Positions 25,809 to 39,470 are shown, numbered from the stretch's first letter. The stretch: 64,000 bases of DNA from Callorhinchus milii (GCF_018977255.1 NW_024704743.1:80416001-80480000); one strand, 5' to 3'. The notes: generated by a model not told the origin, from the letters alone. Translations and numbers: made by a program.

Positions 25809-26421
25809 GGGTAGAAATTCCACCAGATCAAGACTTACTTTATATTCTAATATTTCCGATTGTCCAGAATTTGGCAAATTCTTAAATCCAGTCTTAAATT
25901 TGAAGCCAGTTTTCACTAATTTATTTTAAAAACTACAGAAACATTCTGAAGTTAAAACCAAATTCAACAATTTGCCAAATTCTGGACATGCTGAATTGCT
26001 GCATAAATAAAGTTGTAAAATAAATAAAGTAAATCTAGACCTATTTCGAATGCCGCTCCTACCCATGAGTTACAATTTGATAATCACACATTTCTTGTGA
26101 AGAACTCAAATTAAAAGTCAAAATAAAAATCGTAAATTATGTTTTAGAGCTAATTTATCATGAACTTAAACTGAAAAAACCTGGACAATGGAGTGGTTGG
26201 ATCCATTGCAAGACCATTTTGTCTTAAGATCTTACATTTAGAAGTTTTGTGCAAAAAAAAATCTTAAATTCTGACTTAATTTAGAAGCTGATTTAGACAG
26301 TTTTTAAATAGAACCGGTTTACAAGTTCAGTCTGAATTTAAGAATTTTCCACAAATCTGTGCGATTTTAAATTTTAAGACTAAATGGTCTTACAGGCTGT
26401 GACTAGGTGGAATTTCTGACC
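25809..26421. mobile_element. Putative non-autonomous fold-back/MITE-like element: terminal inverted repeats enclosing two internal palindromes
   Basis: gggtagaaattccacc (25809) vs ggtggaatttctgacc (26406-26421); perfect 20-bp internal inverted repeat 25861-25880 / 25969-25988; second palindrome about 26210-26391. Confidence 0.6.
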
Positions 26422-27239
26422 TTGGAAAAGGACTGAATGATTTTTCTGCGTTGGGACAAATTTTATGTGCTATTTTCTTTTATACACAGGAACCCCTGTG
26501 GTATCTTGCAGCTCTGCGCTGTGGCACCATTGAGTCCTTTCAGTACTTTGAATTGATTTATCTTATGGGGTACTGCTGTGAACAGCATTGTTGCAGAAGC
26601 AGGCTGGCAAGTTCATTCCGGATTGCTTTTTATCAACTTGAAGGAGCACAGACTGATGTGTAGAACAGCGTGCGATCAGCCAGCAGGGTTGAAGTTCATA
26701 TAAGATCTTCTTTTCACCCACATGGCAACGTGCCCAAGTATAGTGAGGCACAGCTGGGTCTTTAGGCTTCTGCCTCAATGCAATACCATACTGGGCTTCC
26801 CCATATATGAGCTGGGAATTATTAAGAGATCAAAGAGAAACATTTATGAAAACACTGCATTTTAGTGAAAAGTTGGAATGTCAAAGGCAATAGTAAATAA
26901 TTGATTTATTTTGTATATTGATCAATTATACTTGCAAAATTCACAGAGTAGTTTAATGCTTTTCTACTCAAAATGGGACTTAACTAAATTTCATACATGA
27001 TTTTCTCTTGTCTTATGCTTATTTAGGTCTTAATCTTGCTTTTGAATAAAAAAAATTTAAGTTTATTTTCCCATTATTTAGCTGAATACCTAGTTAATTA
27101 CCACAAAATTCAGTCATGCAAAAATAATGATAATTTTGTCACTCAATCCACGACTGTTTGGACACAGCACGCAATTGGCTGCCGCATTTCACCACAAAAT
27201 AAACATCAATCCACTTTACAATATACAATATATTACAAT

Positions 27240-28003
27240 GACAGCATCACCCTTCATGGATGCACTCTACACAATACAGAGCCAATACAGAACCTCTGTG
27301 TACGACCCTCAACTATCCTTCATCCCCCACATCCAAGTCATGACCCACTTCGCCTTTCCCCATCCCGTAACATTGCCCGTCTCCGCCACTGTCTCTAACT
27401 GCAGGCCACCGAGACACTCATCCACACATTCATTACGTCCAGGCTCAACTATGCAAACTCCCTGCTTGTCGACCACCCCAATTCCTCCCTTCTGCAGATC
27501 ATGTAGAATTCTACAGTTCGGATCCTCTCCCGCACCAGGCTCCGCAACCTTATCACCACCATCCTCGCTCCACTGGTTCCCCATCACTCAGAGGATACAG
27601 TTCAAGATCCTGGTCCTGACCTTCAAAGCCCTCCATGGTCTTGCTCCTCCCTACCTCCTGACCTCCTAACTCCCTAAAAATCTGTCCACTCCCTCCACTC
27701 AGCAGGCCCTAACCTGCTTCACGTCCCCCACCTTGCCTACCCCACTATTGATGGTCGGGTCTTCAGCATCTCTGCGCCCACCCTCTGGAACTCTCACAGT
27801 CTCTCTGCCTCATACCCTCTCTTGCCTCCTTCAAGACCCGTCTCAAGACCCTCCTCTTCGGCCACCCTCCTACCCCTACCCTCCCTGCCCTCCATTCATC
27901 CTGATCCCTACCACCAGCTTGGGTGCAGATCCCTGACCTTCCAGCGTTTTGCGACGTCCTCCTGACATGAAAGGCGTTATACAACGTTATTTGTTGTTGT
28001 TTG
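27240..28003 (+). mobile_element. L2 subfamily A 3' fragment inserted into a SINE 3' half (about 27130-28072)
   Basis: RNIARLRHCL and LHWFPITQRIQFKILVLTFKALHGLAPPYL, stem-loop tail; flanked by TTTACAATATA at 27215-27225 and 28004-28014. Confidence 0.9.
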
Positions 28004-29489
28004 TTTACAATATAGTCTGTTAAGCATTTTGCGATGATGCCTATATCAAATCCAAGGATTATTATTATTATTATGCACTCAATTACTTCTTGCATTATAA
28101 TAATAATAATAATAATCCTTGCATTTGATATTGCTGGAATAAGAAAGGGAATCCATGATTATCTGAACTCATTAAACCTGGAGTTTAGAAAATCATAGTC
28201 TGAATGGAGATACACTCTCCATTGTAGAATATCCTACAGTAAACCCTGGCTTACTGGACTCCGGGTATCCAGAATTCAATCCTAGCTATACTGGATCCAA
28301 AACATAAAGATTTTTTTAAATTCCTCGTGCCCCACATGGGTTGATTCCTAACTCCCAACTCTCCTAGAGCACACCAACACTCCACTGAGCAGCCTCACCG
28401 TGCTTGCTGGCCTTCACAGTGGCCAGGAATATCACCTTTGACTCCGTTTGAAAGTAGAAAATAGCTTGTTTGGTCATTGTGCTCTTGGGATTCGAACAAT
28501 TACCATGCTGGTATTGGTATTGTAATTATGCTCGGCTGGAAATTCTGGCTTTATGGATCGGATCTCCCCCACTTATTAATCCAGCTAGCCAGGGTTTAAG
28601 TGTAATCTATTTACACGAGGATGCATTGTCTCTCTTAGAATACCACAGTCCATTTACATGGGGATATACTACCTTATAATATATAATCCCCTTACATGAA
28701 CTTTTATTTAACAATTACTTTCCGTCTTATGCTACAAATCACTTTGATCCAAATGCATTAAATAAATCACTGATGTAAGTTGCCATGATGAAATTCATTC
28801 CTTTTTAATGTAATTATGATATGAATGGCAATAATATTAAATACTACAAATCCATTCAACCGGTCAGAATAATACACAGGCTTTTAATGTTAACTGCTTA
28901 TTGTATTAACCTCAAAGTGACAGGAATTTGCTTTGGTTTTATTGCAGTTTAGTGACATTTTGGCTGGTTTGACTTTGGGGACGAAACGATTGTTAGATCG
29001 CATTTTAAATCTAGCAGCACACTACCATTCATCTGGCTCTGTTCTAACATTGCTGACTCAAGACTTCTGCAAGTGGCCTCCGCTGCAGTATAGGACCATA
29101 AGAATTTGCTCGGCGAAAGAAGACCAAGGTCCATCTAATTTGCCTTCCACCATCCCAAACTATATACTGTATCCTGAGATATTATTTTCTAGCAGGAATC
29201 TGTCTAAACTATCTTGAAACAAGTGATATTTTTTGCTTTCACTGACTCCCTAGGGAGCCTGATCCATAAGTTTACTATTCACTCACTGAAGTAGTGTTTC
29301 CGCAGATTTGTTCTGTTTGGATCATTTAAGCTGCTTACCTCTCTGCAGGCCAATAAAGGTGGATTCCAGGCACTGAATGTTCACAAACTCAAACTCCAGG
29401 TAACGCCTTCCAGCAGCTGTCACCCCAAGCATCAGAGTTTCTTCATCAGATATCTGGCAAACATTTGCCTTCAGTGTGGGTGGAGGTAC

Positions 29490-30193
29490 TTTACAGGATA
29501 GGTTGTGCTTAAATTCCACACTTCCAACTGGTGAAACCATCATTCAATGGGAAGGACATGTGGCCAGGCTGCGGACAGGAAGATGGTGGCAATGTTCTCA
29601 TGCATTTCATGCTGAGCTGTGTTGTCCACCAGAAGGTTTGCAGGCAGTTCCTGGTACCGACCATCCACCTAGTGAGGCCTCAAACCCGCGCTTATCGGAG
29701 ATATCAAATGATGAACTAGTGACGATCCTCCTTGGGGGGAGGTAAGGCGGACTCTCCCTAGAGTTGAACTGGACTCATCAGCAGGACTTGGAAAGGCAGA
29801 CTAGTCACTGGGGGCAGGGAATCATCTTGTTAACCCTGCAAACCAACGCCCTAATGAGTAGGGTGGTCCTACCTGGACAAGCAGTGGGAAAGCTTGCCAG
29901 ACCGTGCTATCGATGGCATGCTATGTGGTTTTAGCTGGTTAGACTCCAGCAGGACCCCAACGCACATTTTGGGGTCCCCAAGCCTTGACTCTTGCCAACC
30001 TGCGTCTAATGCTTTCCGGAATTAGGGAAGCAGGATGTGTTCCTCCAGGGAGAGAGTGTGCATTCCATTACAAAAATCTATCTCTGGAATTTCCATGTGT
30101 AGGTGGGATGCGTGGATTTCTAAGTTTGGTTTGGATACTCTTAAGCATGGTGATGGGATTCTGCATGTGTCAGTCACCTGGCTGACCAAAAAA
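29490..30193 (+). mobile_element. Probable RTE-clade LINE 3' end with long 3'UTR and A-rich tail
   Basis: LPTGETIIQWEGHVARL and RPQTR resemble the RTE C-terminal motifs LRWAGHVARM and GRPxxRW; the downstream ~450 bp recurs about 7 times in the window and ends tgaccaaaaaaa. Confidence 0.55.
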
Positions 30194-30949
30194 ATGGATC
30201 ATTTCATTCATTCCCTTAGACCATCCCTTGGCCCTAACCTTACATTCATACTTCCCCAACAGTGCATATCAATGACCTGGAAGCTATGGCTCACAAGCTA
30301 ATATCTAGCATCACCTCAAAGGATTGCAATCTGACACTTAAGAGAGGCTTTTCTCTTACCTTCAGCAAGTAAATGGGGGGTTTATTAGAGCCTGGGTTGA
30401 AAGCAATAAACCCATGATTGCTTCCTGAAAAGCCCTGAAGAATAATAATGATTCATTGAAAACTATGGTGTTACCCTCAGTAAATTGCAAGTAAATTGCA
30501 ATGTAAAACTCGCACACACCCTTACCATCAACTTTCTTCAGCCCAGACAGTCCCTGCCTCCAGGATCACTTTCTACCCCTTCATTCCCAGCTGGATCTAT
30601 AAAAAGAGCATAATAAAACCACATATGTACTGTGAAGTAAGTTCATATCAGAAGCTGCAGCATTATGCAGCTGTTGTGAGTTAGCATCTTATGGAGTATC
30701 TAACAATGTGATATGACCTGCAGCAAAACCAGCTCCCCCCACTGTCTGTACTGTCCAAGACTGTCAAACAGAGGATCTCCATCAGGTTGATCTAGTGCCT
30801 TAGGTGATTCTACAGATCTTAAATGGAGTCAAAAAGTAGGCAGTGTGAGGAAGGAAGGTAAGAGAGCTGAAAGCAGAATTGGTCTGAACTTGATCCAATT
30901 CAAAAACATGGGGTTCATGACAAATGTCAAACCCAAGATACAGAAGACA

Positions 30950-32887
30950 ACCAAATCGAATATAGGAAGTGCAGAAGAGGTTTGAAAAAGGAAATAAGAG
31001 GGGCTAAAAGATTATACAAAAAAAGGTTAGCGGGTAACATTAAAGGGAATTCTAAAATATTTTACAAACATATCAAGGAAAAAAGGCTAGTCAAAGGTAG
31101 GGTGGGGCCAATTCAGGACCATGGGGGAAATCTTATTGTGGAGGCAGAGGGCATGGCTGATGTGCTGAATGAGTACTTTGCATCAGTCACAAAAGAAGTG
31201 AATGCACCAAATGCCGCAGTATCGGAGGAGAGGTTAGAGGAAATGGATAGGATAAGTATAAACAAAGAGGAAATACTGAAAAGGTTGACTGCGCTGAAGG
31301 TAGATGAGTTGCCCGGTCCGGACGGAATGCAACCAAGGTTACTATGGGAGGCACGGGTACAAATAGTGGAGGCTTTGGCTACAATTTTTCAATCTTCGTT
31401 GGACACAGGATTGGTGCCAGAGGACTGGAGAGTGGCCAATGTGACTCCCCTGTACAAAAAGGGACAGAAGGACAAACCTGGGAACTACAGGCCAGTCAGC
31501 CTAACATCAGTAGTGGGGAAACTCCTGGAGGCTATAATCCGGGACAGAATAAATCTTCACTTAGAAGAATATGGGTTAATTACGGATAGCCAGCACGGAT
31601 TTGTTAAAGGCAAATCTTGTCCAACAAATCTAATAGAATTTTTAGGTGAGCTAACGGAGAGGGTGGATAAAGGTAGAGCAGTTGATGTAGTTTATATGGA
31701 CTTTCAAAAGGCATTTGACAAAGTGCCACATGAAAGACTTGTAAGAAAAATAGAAGCCCATGTTATAAAAGGGAGAGTGGCAGCATGGATCCAGAACTGG
31801 CTGGAAGACAGAAAGCAGAGAGTTGTGGTGAACGGTTACTTTTCTGACGGGAGGGAAGTGTACAGTGGCATCACCCAGCGATCGGTATTAGGACCACTGC
31901 TCTTCTTAATATACATAAATGATCTGGACTTGGGTATAGCAAGCACCATTTCCAAGTTTGCGGATGACACAAAGTTAGGCAGGGTGGTAAACGGTGAGAA
32001 GGATAGTAGCCAACTGCAGGAAGACATAGACAGAATGGTAAAATGGGCAGACACATGGCAGATGAATTTCAATGTGGAGAAATGTGAGGTAATGCATTTT
32101 GGTAGAAAGAATGAGGGGAGCAATATAGGCTGGTAATACAATCTTAAGGGGGGTAAAAGAACAGAGAGACCTGGGGGTTCAGGTAAATGAATGCTTGAAG
32201 GTGGCAGGACAGCTAGATAAGGCTGTAAAAAGGGCAAATGGGATTCTAGGCTTTATAAATAGGGGCATAGAGTACAAGAGTCAGGAGGTTATGATTAACC
32301 TATATAAAACACTGGTTAGGCCTCAGTTAGAATACTGCGCCCAGTTCTGGGCACCACACTATAGGAAGGATGTTAAGGCATTGGAAATGGTGCAGAGGAG
32401 ATTTACGAGGATGGTACCAGGAATGAGGGACCTTGATTATGAGGAAAGGCTGGAGAGGCTGAGATTATTCTCATTGGAGCAGAGAAGGTTACGAGGAGAC
32501 CTAATAGAGGTCTTCAAAATCATGAGGGGATTTGATAGGTTAGAAAGGGAAAAACTGTTTCCACTGGTGGGTGTGTCGGTGACTCGAGGTCACAGATTCA
32601 AAATAGTTTATAAAAGAAGCAGAGGGGAGGTGAGAAGAATTTTTTTCACGCAGCGAGTTGTTCGAATCTGGAATGCATTGCCTGAAAGGATGGTCGAGGC
32701 CGATTCGATAACTATTTTTAAAAACGCGGTGGATGGGGTATTTGAGGAGGACGGGTTTGCAGTGTTATGGGGAAAGGGCTGGGGAGTGAGATTGACATTA
32801 ATTGCTCTATTCAAAGAGCCAGTACAGACTCGATGGGCCGAATGGCCTCTTTTTGTGCTGTACAATTCTATGATTCTATGATTCTAT
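30950..32887 (+). mobile_element. 5'-truncated CR1 LINE with reverse transcriptase (frameshifted)
   Basis: NYRPVSLTSVVGKLLE, QHGF, MDFQKAFDKVPH, FADD, then LYKTLVRPQLEYCAQFWAP...RVVRIWNALP; ggccgaatggcc stem-loop and (ATTCTATG)n tail. Confidence 0.97.
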
Positions 32888-33819
32888 GTGAATTCAACAT
32901 AACCATTTGAAAGCATGGCAGTGCCTTTGCACACAAGGGTGTCACATCTTGTTCTTTCAGCTCTATTGTGCATTTACTTTATTGGCCATTTGGTAGCAGG
33001 TGTGCTTCTATATTCCTTGCTGGAATTATCACTTAGGTTTCTTGGTATAACGGAGGCTGCTTTGTTACCCCTGAGGTTGAATCCAAAGTCTCACTGAATC
33101 TAAATTTTCATCTTATTACGTAGATTATTTAATGCTTCTTTGTACGCTAACCAGCCCAGAGCAGCCCCAGATTTCCCTCAATCTCTGATAATTTATTGGG
33201 TCAGTTTCTATGTCCAAGGGGATTATGTATCTAGTCTCTAGTGTGGCCCATGTTTAAGTTTGTGTGCCAGAGTCCAGCTTGGTACAGGGAGAATTAGCCC
33301 ACTTTGTGCCATTCTTTGAAACTCAAATTGTAAAAGTATACATTAGATTTTCCTGTTCTCTATGTCAAAAGTAATGTTTTCACCCTGTTTAATGTTTCTC
33401 CTGGATTCAGATTAATGGGGCAAAATACAGTAACTTTGAACAGTGTCAATGTGGACAGCTCATCAACACTGAACTGCTCAGAATCAATGCACTTTTTGGC
33501 ACAAATTGGGACAGCACGCTAGGATCTAATATAGTTTGCAGTGATTTCTAAAGATGTTCCTTAATAAAAAAAACTGAGTGGGGATTCTTTCTAGTAAACA
33601 GCAATACACCTCGCACATCGCACCAACATGTGAGGACTTCACACCGTAAATTCTGCGTTGGAGCACAGTTGGATGTACTTGTGGTTTTCTTATTAAGAAA
33701 TTGTCACGTATCAGACCTCATTGTTAGGACATTATACACCACATGCCTCTGACTCATGCTGAATCTGTTTTATATCACTGCGTGAAGTGTGGAAGTGAAA
33801 GGAGATAATCCATTCTCAT

Positions 33820-34410
33820 CCACTGTTAATTCCTCATTGTCATGAGGAATTATACAATTGCAAATCACAATTTCATCATAGAAAGATACAATTACAAATG
33901 ATACATTGCATTCTACAGTATACTGATTTCAAGCTTTAATTACATTGTTAAATAGGTTTAATCATGATTGACAGCTCCTTAGGGCACTGTTCATTAGCAA
34001 AAAGTACTAAGAGGTGCAAAATAGCAATGTAATAAATATGAAGTGGGCACAATCATTCCCAAAGCGATCATGTTATCACACCATTACACTCTTATTGCCT
34101 TTCAGATTTCAATTTCCCCCCAAAAAACACATGTGACAGCTTATTAACATCAGAACTATTAATGAGTAAAAAATTTCATCCGATCTGTGAAAATAAAATT
34201 AATTTCATTTGAAGATTTTGTCTTTCAAATTGTGCTTATTTACGTGAGTTTGTCTGCATTCATCTCAGTTAATTGGTCTGTTGTGAACATGAAAATCACT
34301 CTGAGGGGTTTATTGACAGCGGTGGGATTTTGTGGCTAAATTACTGAACAAAGTTCGCATTAGTACAGAGGAGAGTTTTGCATATTCTGTCAGCTGTCAT
34401 TGTGAGTTCA
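33820..34410. promoter_or_regulatory. Candidate developmental enhancer (TALE/homeobox motif cluster)
   Basis: Repeat-free AT-rich tract with TGATTGACAG (33965-33974), TGACAG at 34134 and 34314, CTGTCA at 34387 and 34394, and many TAAT cores. Confidence 0.4.
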
Positions 34411-35453
34411 GGAGATTCTAGGGAAATGCCAGGGTAAGACAAGCATTCAACACTTTAAGGGTTGTATGGCTGTTCCTTTCGATGTAGAAACAAAGTCCAG
34501 TTTATTGCATATGGGGAAATAAACAGCAACAATGCTAATGATAACCTGGGCCAATAGAAAAGTGCGGTGCCTTTTTTCTGCGGAATCCGCTACAAACATC
34601 CTTCTCCACCATAAACAGCCCCTCTGCTACAAACTTAAAATTTATCAATTTCTCTGCAATTTTCTGCAAAATTTGGCAAATGCCCTGCAATTTTTTGCAA
34701 ATATTTCCGCAATTTTCTATTGGCCCAGATGATATGCTGCCCTCGGCAGCCAAAGGGTTGGACCACCATGGTATATAATAATGGAAAGAAAGAAAACCTA
34801 CAGACTCCGCCAGTCTGTTAAGTATACTGATACTGAGCAAGATTTAGGTACCATTAGCCAAATAGTCATACACAACACCACAGCTGCGCTTTGCTAAAAT
34901 TGTTTTGCTATATTACCCATGCTGTTAAACTTAATTACTTCAGGAATCAACACAGATGTCAGCATAAGAGGTTGTCTCCTGCAGAGCAAAAACGAATGTT
35001 TGGTGACTTTTATTTCAATGCAAATTAGCAATATTTAATCAAACATTAATTACCTTTGCCATACAATTTGAAGCTTTGTATGAAGCACCACTGGGATTTA
35101 ATGAATGAATTTTTGTGTCCTAAGTTATGACTTAAAAAACCTATGAACAGGAAAAGATCAGCCAAAGAGCTTGTGGTGTTGTGTCTTTCTGAAAGCCTTC
35201 TTTAGGATCAATCACTGTGCTCCCTCGTTGTTCTGAACTGAAAACAAAAACTGGTAAGTTGAAGAAATAAAGCGAAGGTGATTTTAATTTGATGGATGGC
35301 TAGATGAAAATTAACACAAGGGTTGTTTAAATAATTCATGGGACCACTACAGAGGCAATTCATGTAGCTTTGCCAAATTTTTATGTGAAAGGTTGTAGAC
35401 TAGGTATATTTACTTACAGTATTGCCACAAAGATAATAGCAAGTTGTTTCAAA

Positions 35454-35763
35454 TAATAATAATCCTTGCATTTGATATAGCGCTTTTCACGTCTTCTAGA
35501 CGTCTCAAAGCGCTTGACAAAATATACTGCAAAGTGAATTGACCGCATATTTGTGGGCGAAACGCGGCAGCCAATTGCACACAGCAGTGTCCCACAAACA
35601 GTCATGGATTGAAAATGACCAATTTATTATTGTTTTGTTTTGGAGGGATTATTATTAGGCGTGTGGAGTAAGAAAACTTGTCCGAGATTTCGTCCTGCCT
35701 GGAATTGAACCCAGGTGTCTCACTTGCAAGGCGAGTGCTCTAACCACTGAGCTACAGGACTCA
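35454..35763 (-). mobile_element. tRNA-derived SINE, full-length short form
   Basis: Reverse complement of 46431-46745, including the head gagtcctgtagctcagtggttagagcactcgccttgcaag. Confidence 0.92.
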
Positions 35764-36194
35764 AATCTTTGCTTCTTAGAGAGAAATTTCAGATTTAAAT
35801 AATTAATTACTTGGGGTTCATTAATGTTTTATTTTCCTAATTGTGTAACAGACATGATTCAATAAGCCAGTAACACAGTGAGAAATGTGGGTTCTTCAAC
35901 TATCAGCATTGTAAATGAATAAATATCTTGGCCATTAGCAGATTTAAAAGAAGGTTTAGGAGGAACTTCTTCATGCAGAGGGTGGTGAGAATGTTGAGAA
36001 TAAGTGGTGAGAACTAATTGCCAGAAAATTAGGTTAAAATAAAAAGCATCAATATATTTAAATAAATACTCCTTGCCTTTCATATAGAGCCTTTTAGGTC
36101 AGAAGGATGTCTCAAAGCACTGCAGAGGATATAGTGTAAAGTGTAGTGATGTATTTTGTATGAGAACGACTTACCAATTACCAGTAATGAATAA

Positions 36195-36329
36195 TTATTT
36201 GGGGAGGACAAGTTTGCAGGACTATGGGGAGAGAGTGGGGGAGTGGGATTGAATTGGATAGCTCTTTCCAAAGAGCCAGCATAGACACGATGATCCGAAT
36301 GGCCTCCTTTTGCGATGTATGATTCTATG
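36195..36329 (+). mobile_element. CR1 3' UTR/tail fragment
   Basis: gctctttccaaagagccagcatagacacgatgatccgaatggcctcc...atgattctatg matches 32800-32887. Confidence 0.8.
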
Positions 36330-39084
36330 TACACAAACAGCCATGAATCTATCAAGGAAACTCAAATAATAATAATTCTTACATTTAGTATAAGCACCTT
36401 TCATATCAGGAGGGTATCTCAAAGGATATATATACTGTTAAGTGTAGTGACTGCATGTTTTGTGGGCTAATGCAACAGACAATTTGTGTTATATGATCTT
36501 TAACATCCACCTAAACAGTCAGATGGAGCCTCAGATTAACATCTCATCTGAAAAGAGGCACCTCCAGGCATTATTCTTTCCATTCAATTCAAACAAGAGG
36601 GTATTTGGCAACCAATTTGATAGTTGTTGTCTACCTTCAACCAAACACTGGCTGCCTTCATTTTAACTAGATAGATGACTTCACAATTTCATGTCCCATC
36701 AATTGCACAAAACCTTACAGACTATCTGCAAACTAAGCCTTCCACCTGTAGCTGCTTTGCCTGTAATTGTGTGGGTCACTGCTCCCATCAGTCTATGTTA
36801 CTGACCCTATCAGGGCTTCAAGGGTAATGCAGGCATGCTTCAGTTCAAGTATGTTCTGCTCACTGAAACATTATCAATGCAGACTTCTCAGTACGTTTGT
36901 TCTAATAAATCAGAGAAGCAGCAGGCAGTCACTCAACTGTTTTATCCTGCTGCTGCAGATCTGCCAAAATACTTGACCTTATCCAATATGCCTTTGCTTA
37001 CGTTATGTCAGCAAATTCAAAAGGAAATTAGAAAACTATTAGGTGGAGAAATCAATTATAATAATAATCCCACCATTCAATATAGTGCCTTTCACATCAG
37101 GAGAATGTTTCAAAGTGCTTCACAAGCAGCCATGAAGTGAATGACCAATTGAGAGGTATTTAGGATAAATCTGATGTTTTGAAATCATATTAGTTTTACT
37201 TTGGGGTTGGACCAATGAAGCTCAAATGGCTTTTTCTGTTCTAAAATTTCCCATGTCCTTCATGAAAAGGAAAGAATTCTATAAAGTAGGATAATGTCTT
37301 GGAACATTTCACAGTGGTGTGGTTGAATAATAATAATAATAATCCTTCAAAATACAGTCATTAGACTTTAAGTAAATCTTGTGAAGCACTTTGAAATTTA
37401 AAGACAAACAGGGAGGAGGGGTGAGGTGAAGGGGTAGTGCCAGGGAGTTCCAGAGATTTGCATTTGTGTGTGAGTGCAGATGGGTAGGGTGAGGGATGTA
37501 CATGTATGTGCAAATGCACTGACTCATCCGTTATACATCTTTAGCTTCTTGCGAGCACAAGAGTTGCAGACTCTTCGGACCAGGGACCACTCAATGAAGG
37601 TGGAGGGAGGGGGAAACTAAATTGATTCTCGGACATTTTTATAGACCTGTATTTTGTTAAAAACAAAGAAATCCCAGGAATAGCTGAAAGATTGCATCTT
37701 TACAATATTTACCCATCCATGTATTTACACAAAGACAACATTTTCCCAAGATTTCTACTGTGACCTGCTCCTTCAGGGAACTGCAGTTTCTGGTGAATCC
37801 ACACACAGTTGCTGTAGTTCAGTTTAAGTTGAAAACTTTAACCCTTCATTTGATGATTATAATAGTGATGCTTCCTTGCACCTCTGCATGATATTTTTCA
37901 TTCCTTTTCCTGAAATTACCGACTCATACAGGGGATTGGGTGGAGGGGGAAGAGGAAATGGAATTTAGCCAAGGCCATCTTGACACTCACACAAGTATCA
38001 TAGTGTACGAGCCCTGACACTGTTCACAGCCAAGCTGAATCCAACATAGCAGCAGGTTTCATTGCATTGTGATGTACAAGTGGGAATACTGGCTAATTTC
38101 TCCTGTTTTCCCTTCTCTCCTTACTCCCACTCCCTATTCTGTGACCTGCGATCAGTTGTAGTATTTGTACTGCTACCTTGGCTGAGATCAGCTCACTGAA
38201 CTCAAATCAGCCATCATACCTGGGGCTCACCTTACTCTGTATGTGTGCAATACTGCTGAAGGAAATTTTTTTTAAATCTGATTTTTGCTATTCATTAGGG
38301 TAACAAATGCTTACTTTTTTTGTTCATAAAAAGTTGCTAATTGGCTTATAAGTGGCCAGCACAACATTGATAGTAGAGAATAGAACAGAAGATGAGAGCG
38401 AATGGTTGAAGAGAGGGAGAGATTGGTTATGCCTGCCAGCAGCTACCAAACTCAGCATGTTTCTTTCATTTGGTTTTAATTCTCTCTCCCCATAATGTTT
38501 GAGAAGTACGATAGACTGCACTATTGAGAGCTATATAATGAGATCATATAATTGTATGTTCAAAGAATTAATTAAATTGTTGCCCAGGTATTCATACTCT
38601 GCCATTATTAAACATTGGTTTTCTATCATTCCTTAAATAACATGATTTCTAATTGATTTGTACAGTTATACATATCATGAAGCTCACTTCTCTCAGAATT
38701 TATGTCATCGATCTTGAAACACTCCCAACCAAACAACTCTGTAACTCAGTTGCACCAGAAGGTGTGTGATTTGGAAGTGCTCCTTCAGTCTCTCTGTGGG
38801 CTCAGTGATTAAACAGGATCTCCTCCTTGCCAGTTTCCTAGATATTGCCAATTCTTTCGCTGACTCTCAGCCAGATTATTTTATTTGGAGAAATCAGTTT
38901 TAACTGCTCTGCCGCCTCCTCCCAGGCTGTTCTGTGACCTCAGGGTTTCACAATTGTGATTTGCCGAAGGAACCCAACCTTCTCACCAATGACCACTTTG
39001 CCTTGTGTTTTCTCTCCTCACCAATCAAGCCCACTTCTACTTTTGTGCAATATAGTGCCCAGATTTGCTGATAGAACTGTCATA

Positions 39085-39470
39085 CAGCAGCAGCAGCAAC
39101 TTGCACTTGTATTGTACCTTTCACATAGCGAGAATGTTTACAGAGACAGAGTGGGGGCCTGAGTTGGGTGGGAGATGCTCCTAATGTTTTCAGTTTTCAG
39201 ACAGGTTCTGAAATAGGAGAAGGAGGGAGGAAGAGGAATTTGGGAAGAAAATGGACCCAAAGTGATTGAAAGTTCACCCAATGAATGGTGGAACAGAGGG
39301 CTGCGGGGATATGAAGCTGGCCAGATTTCAGGGACAGACCGGAGGAGTAGGACTGTAGATTACAGAGCTAGATTGGAGAGGCCCACAGAGACATTTAATG
39401 AATGAGGATCTTGAAGTCAATCCACTAGGTAATAGGGGGCAGATGGAGCTTGGAGAATATGGGTTTGATG
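39085..39470 (-). mobile_element. Old L2 3' fragment
   Basis: cagcaacttgcacttgtat tail and gaggatcttgaagtcaatcc (reverse of RIDFKIL). Confidence 0.6.

Noticed and set aside
26480..26663. Strong + strand acceptor followed by a 57-codon open frame
   Set aside because: No recognisable homology or partner exon; compatible with chance.
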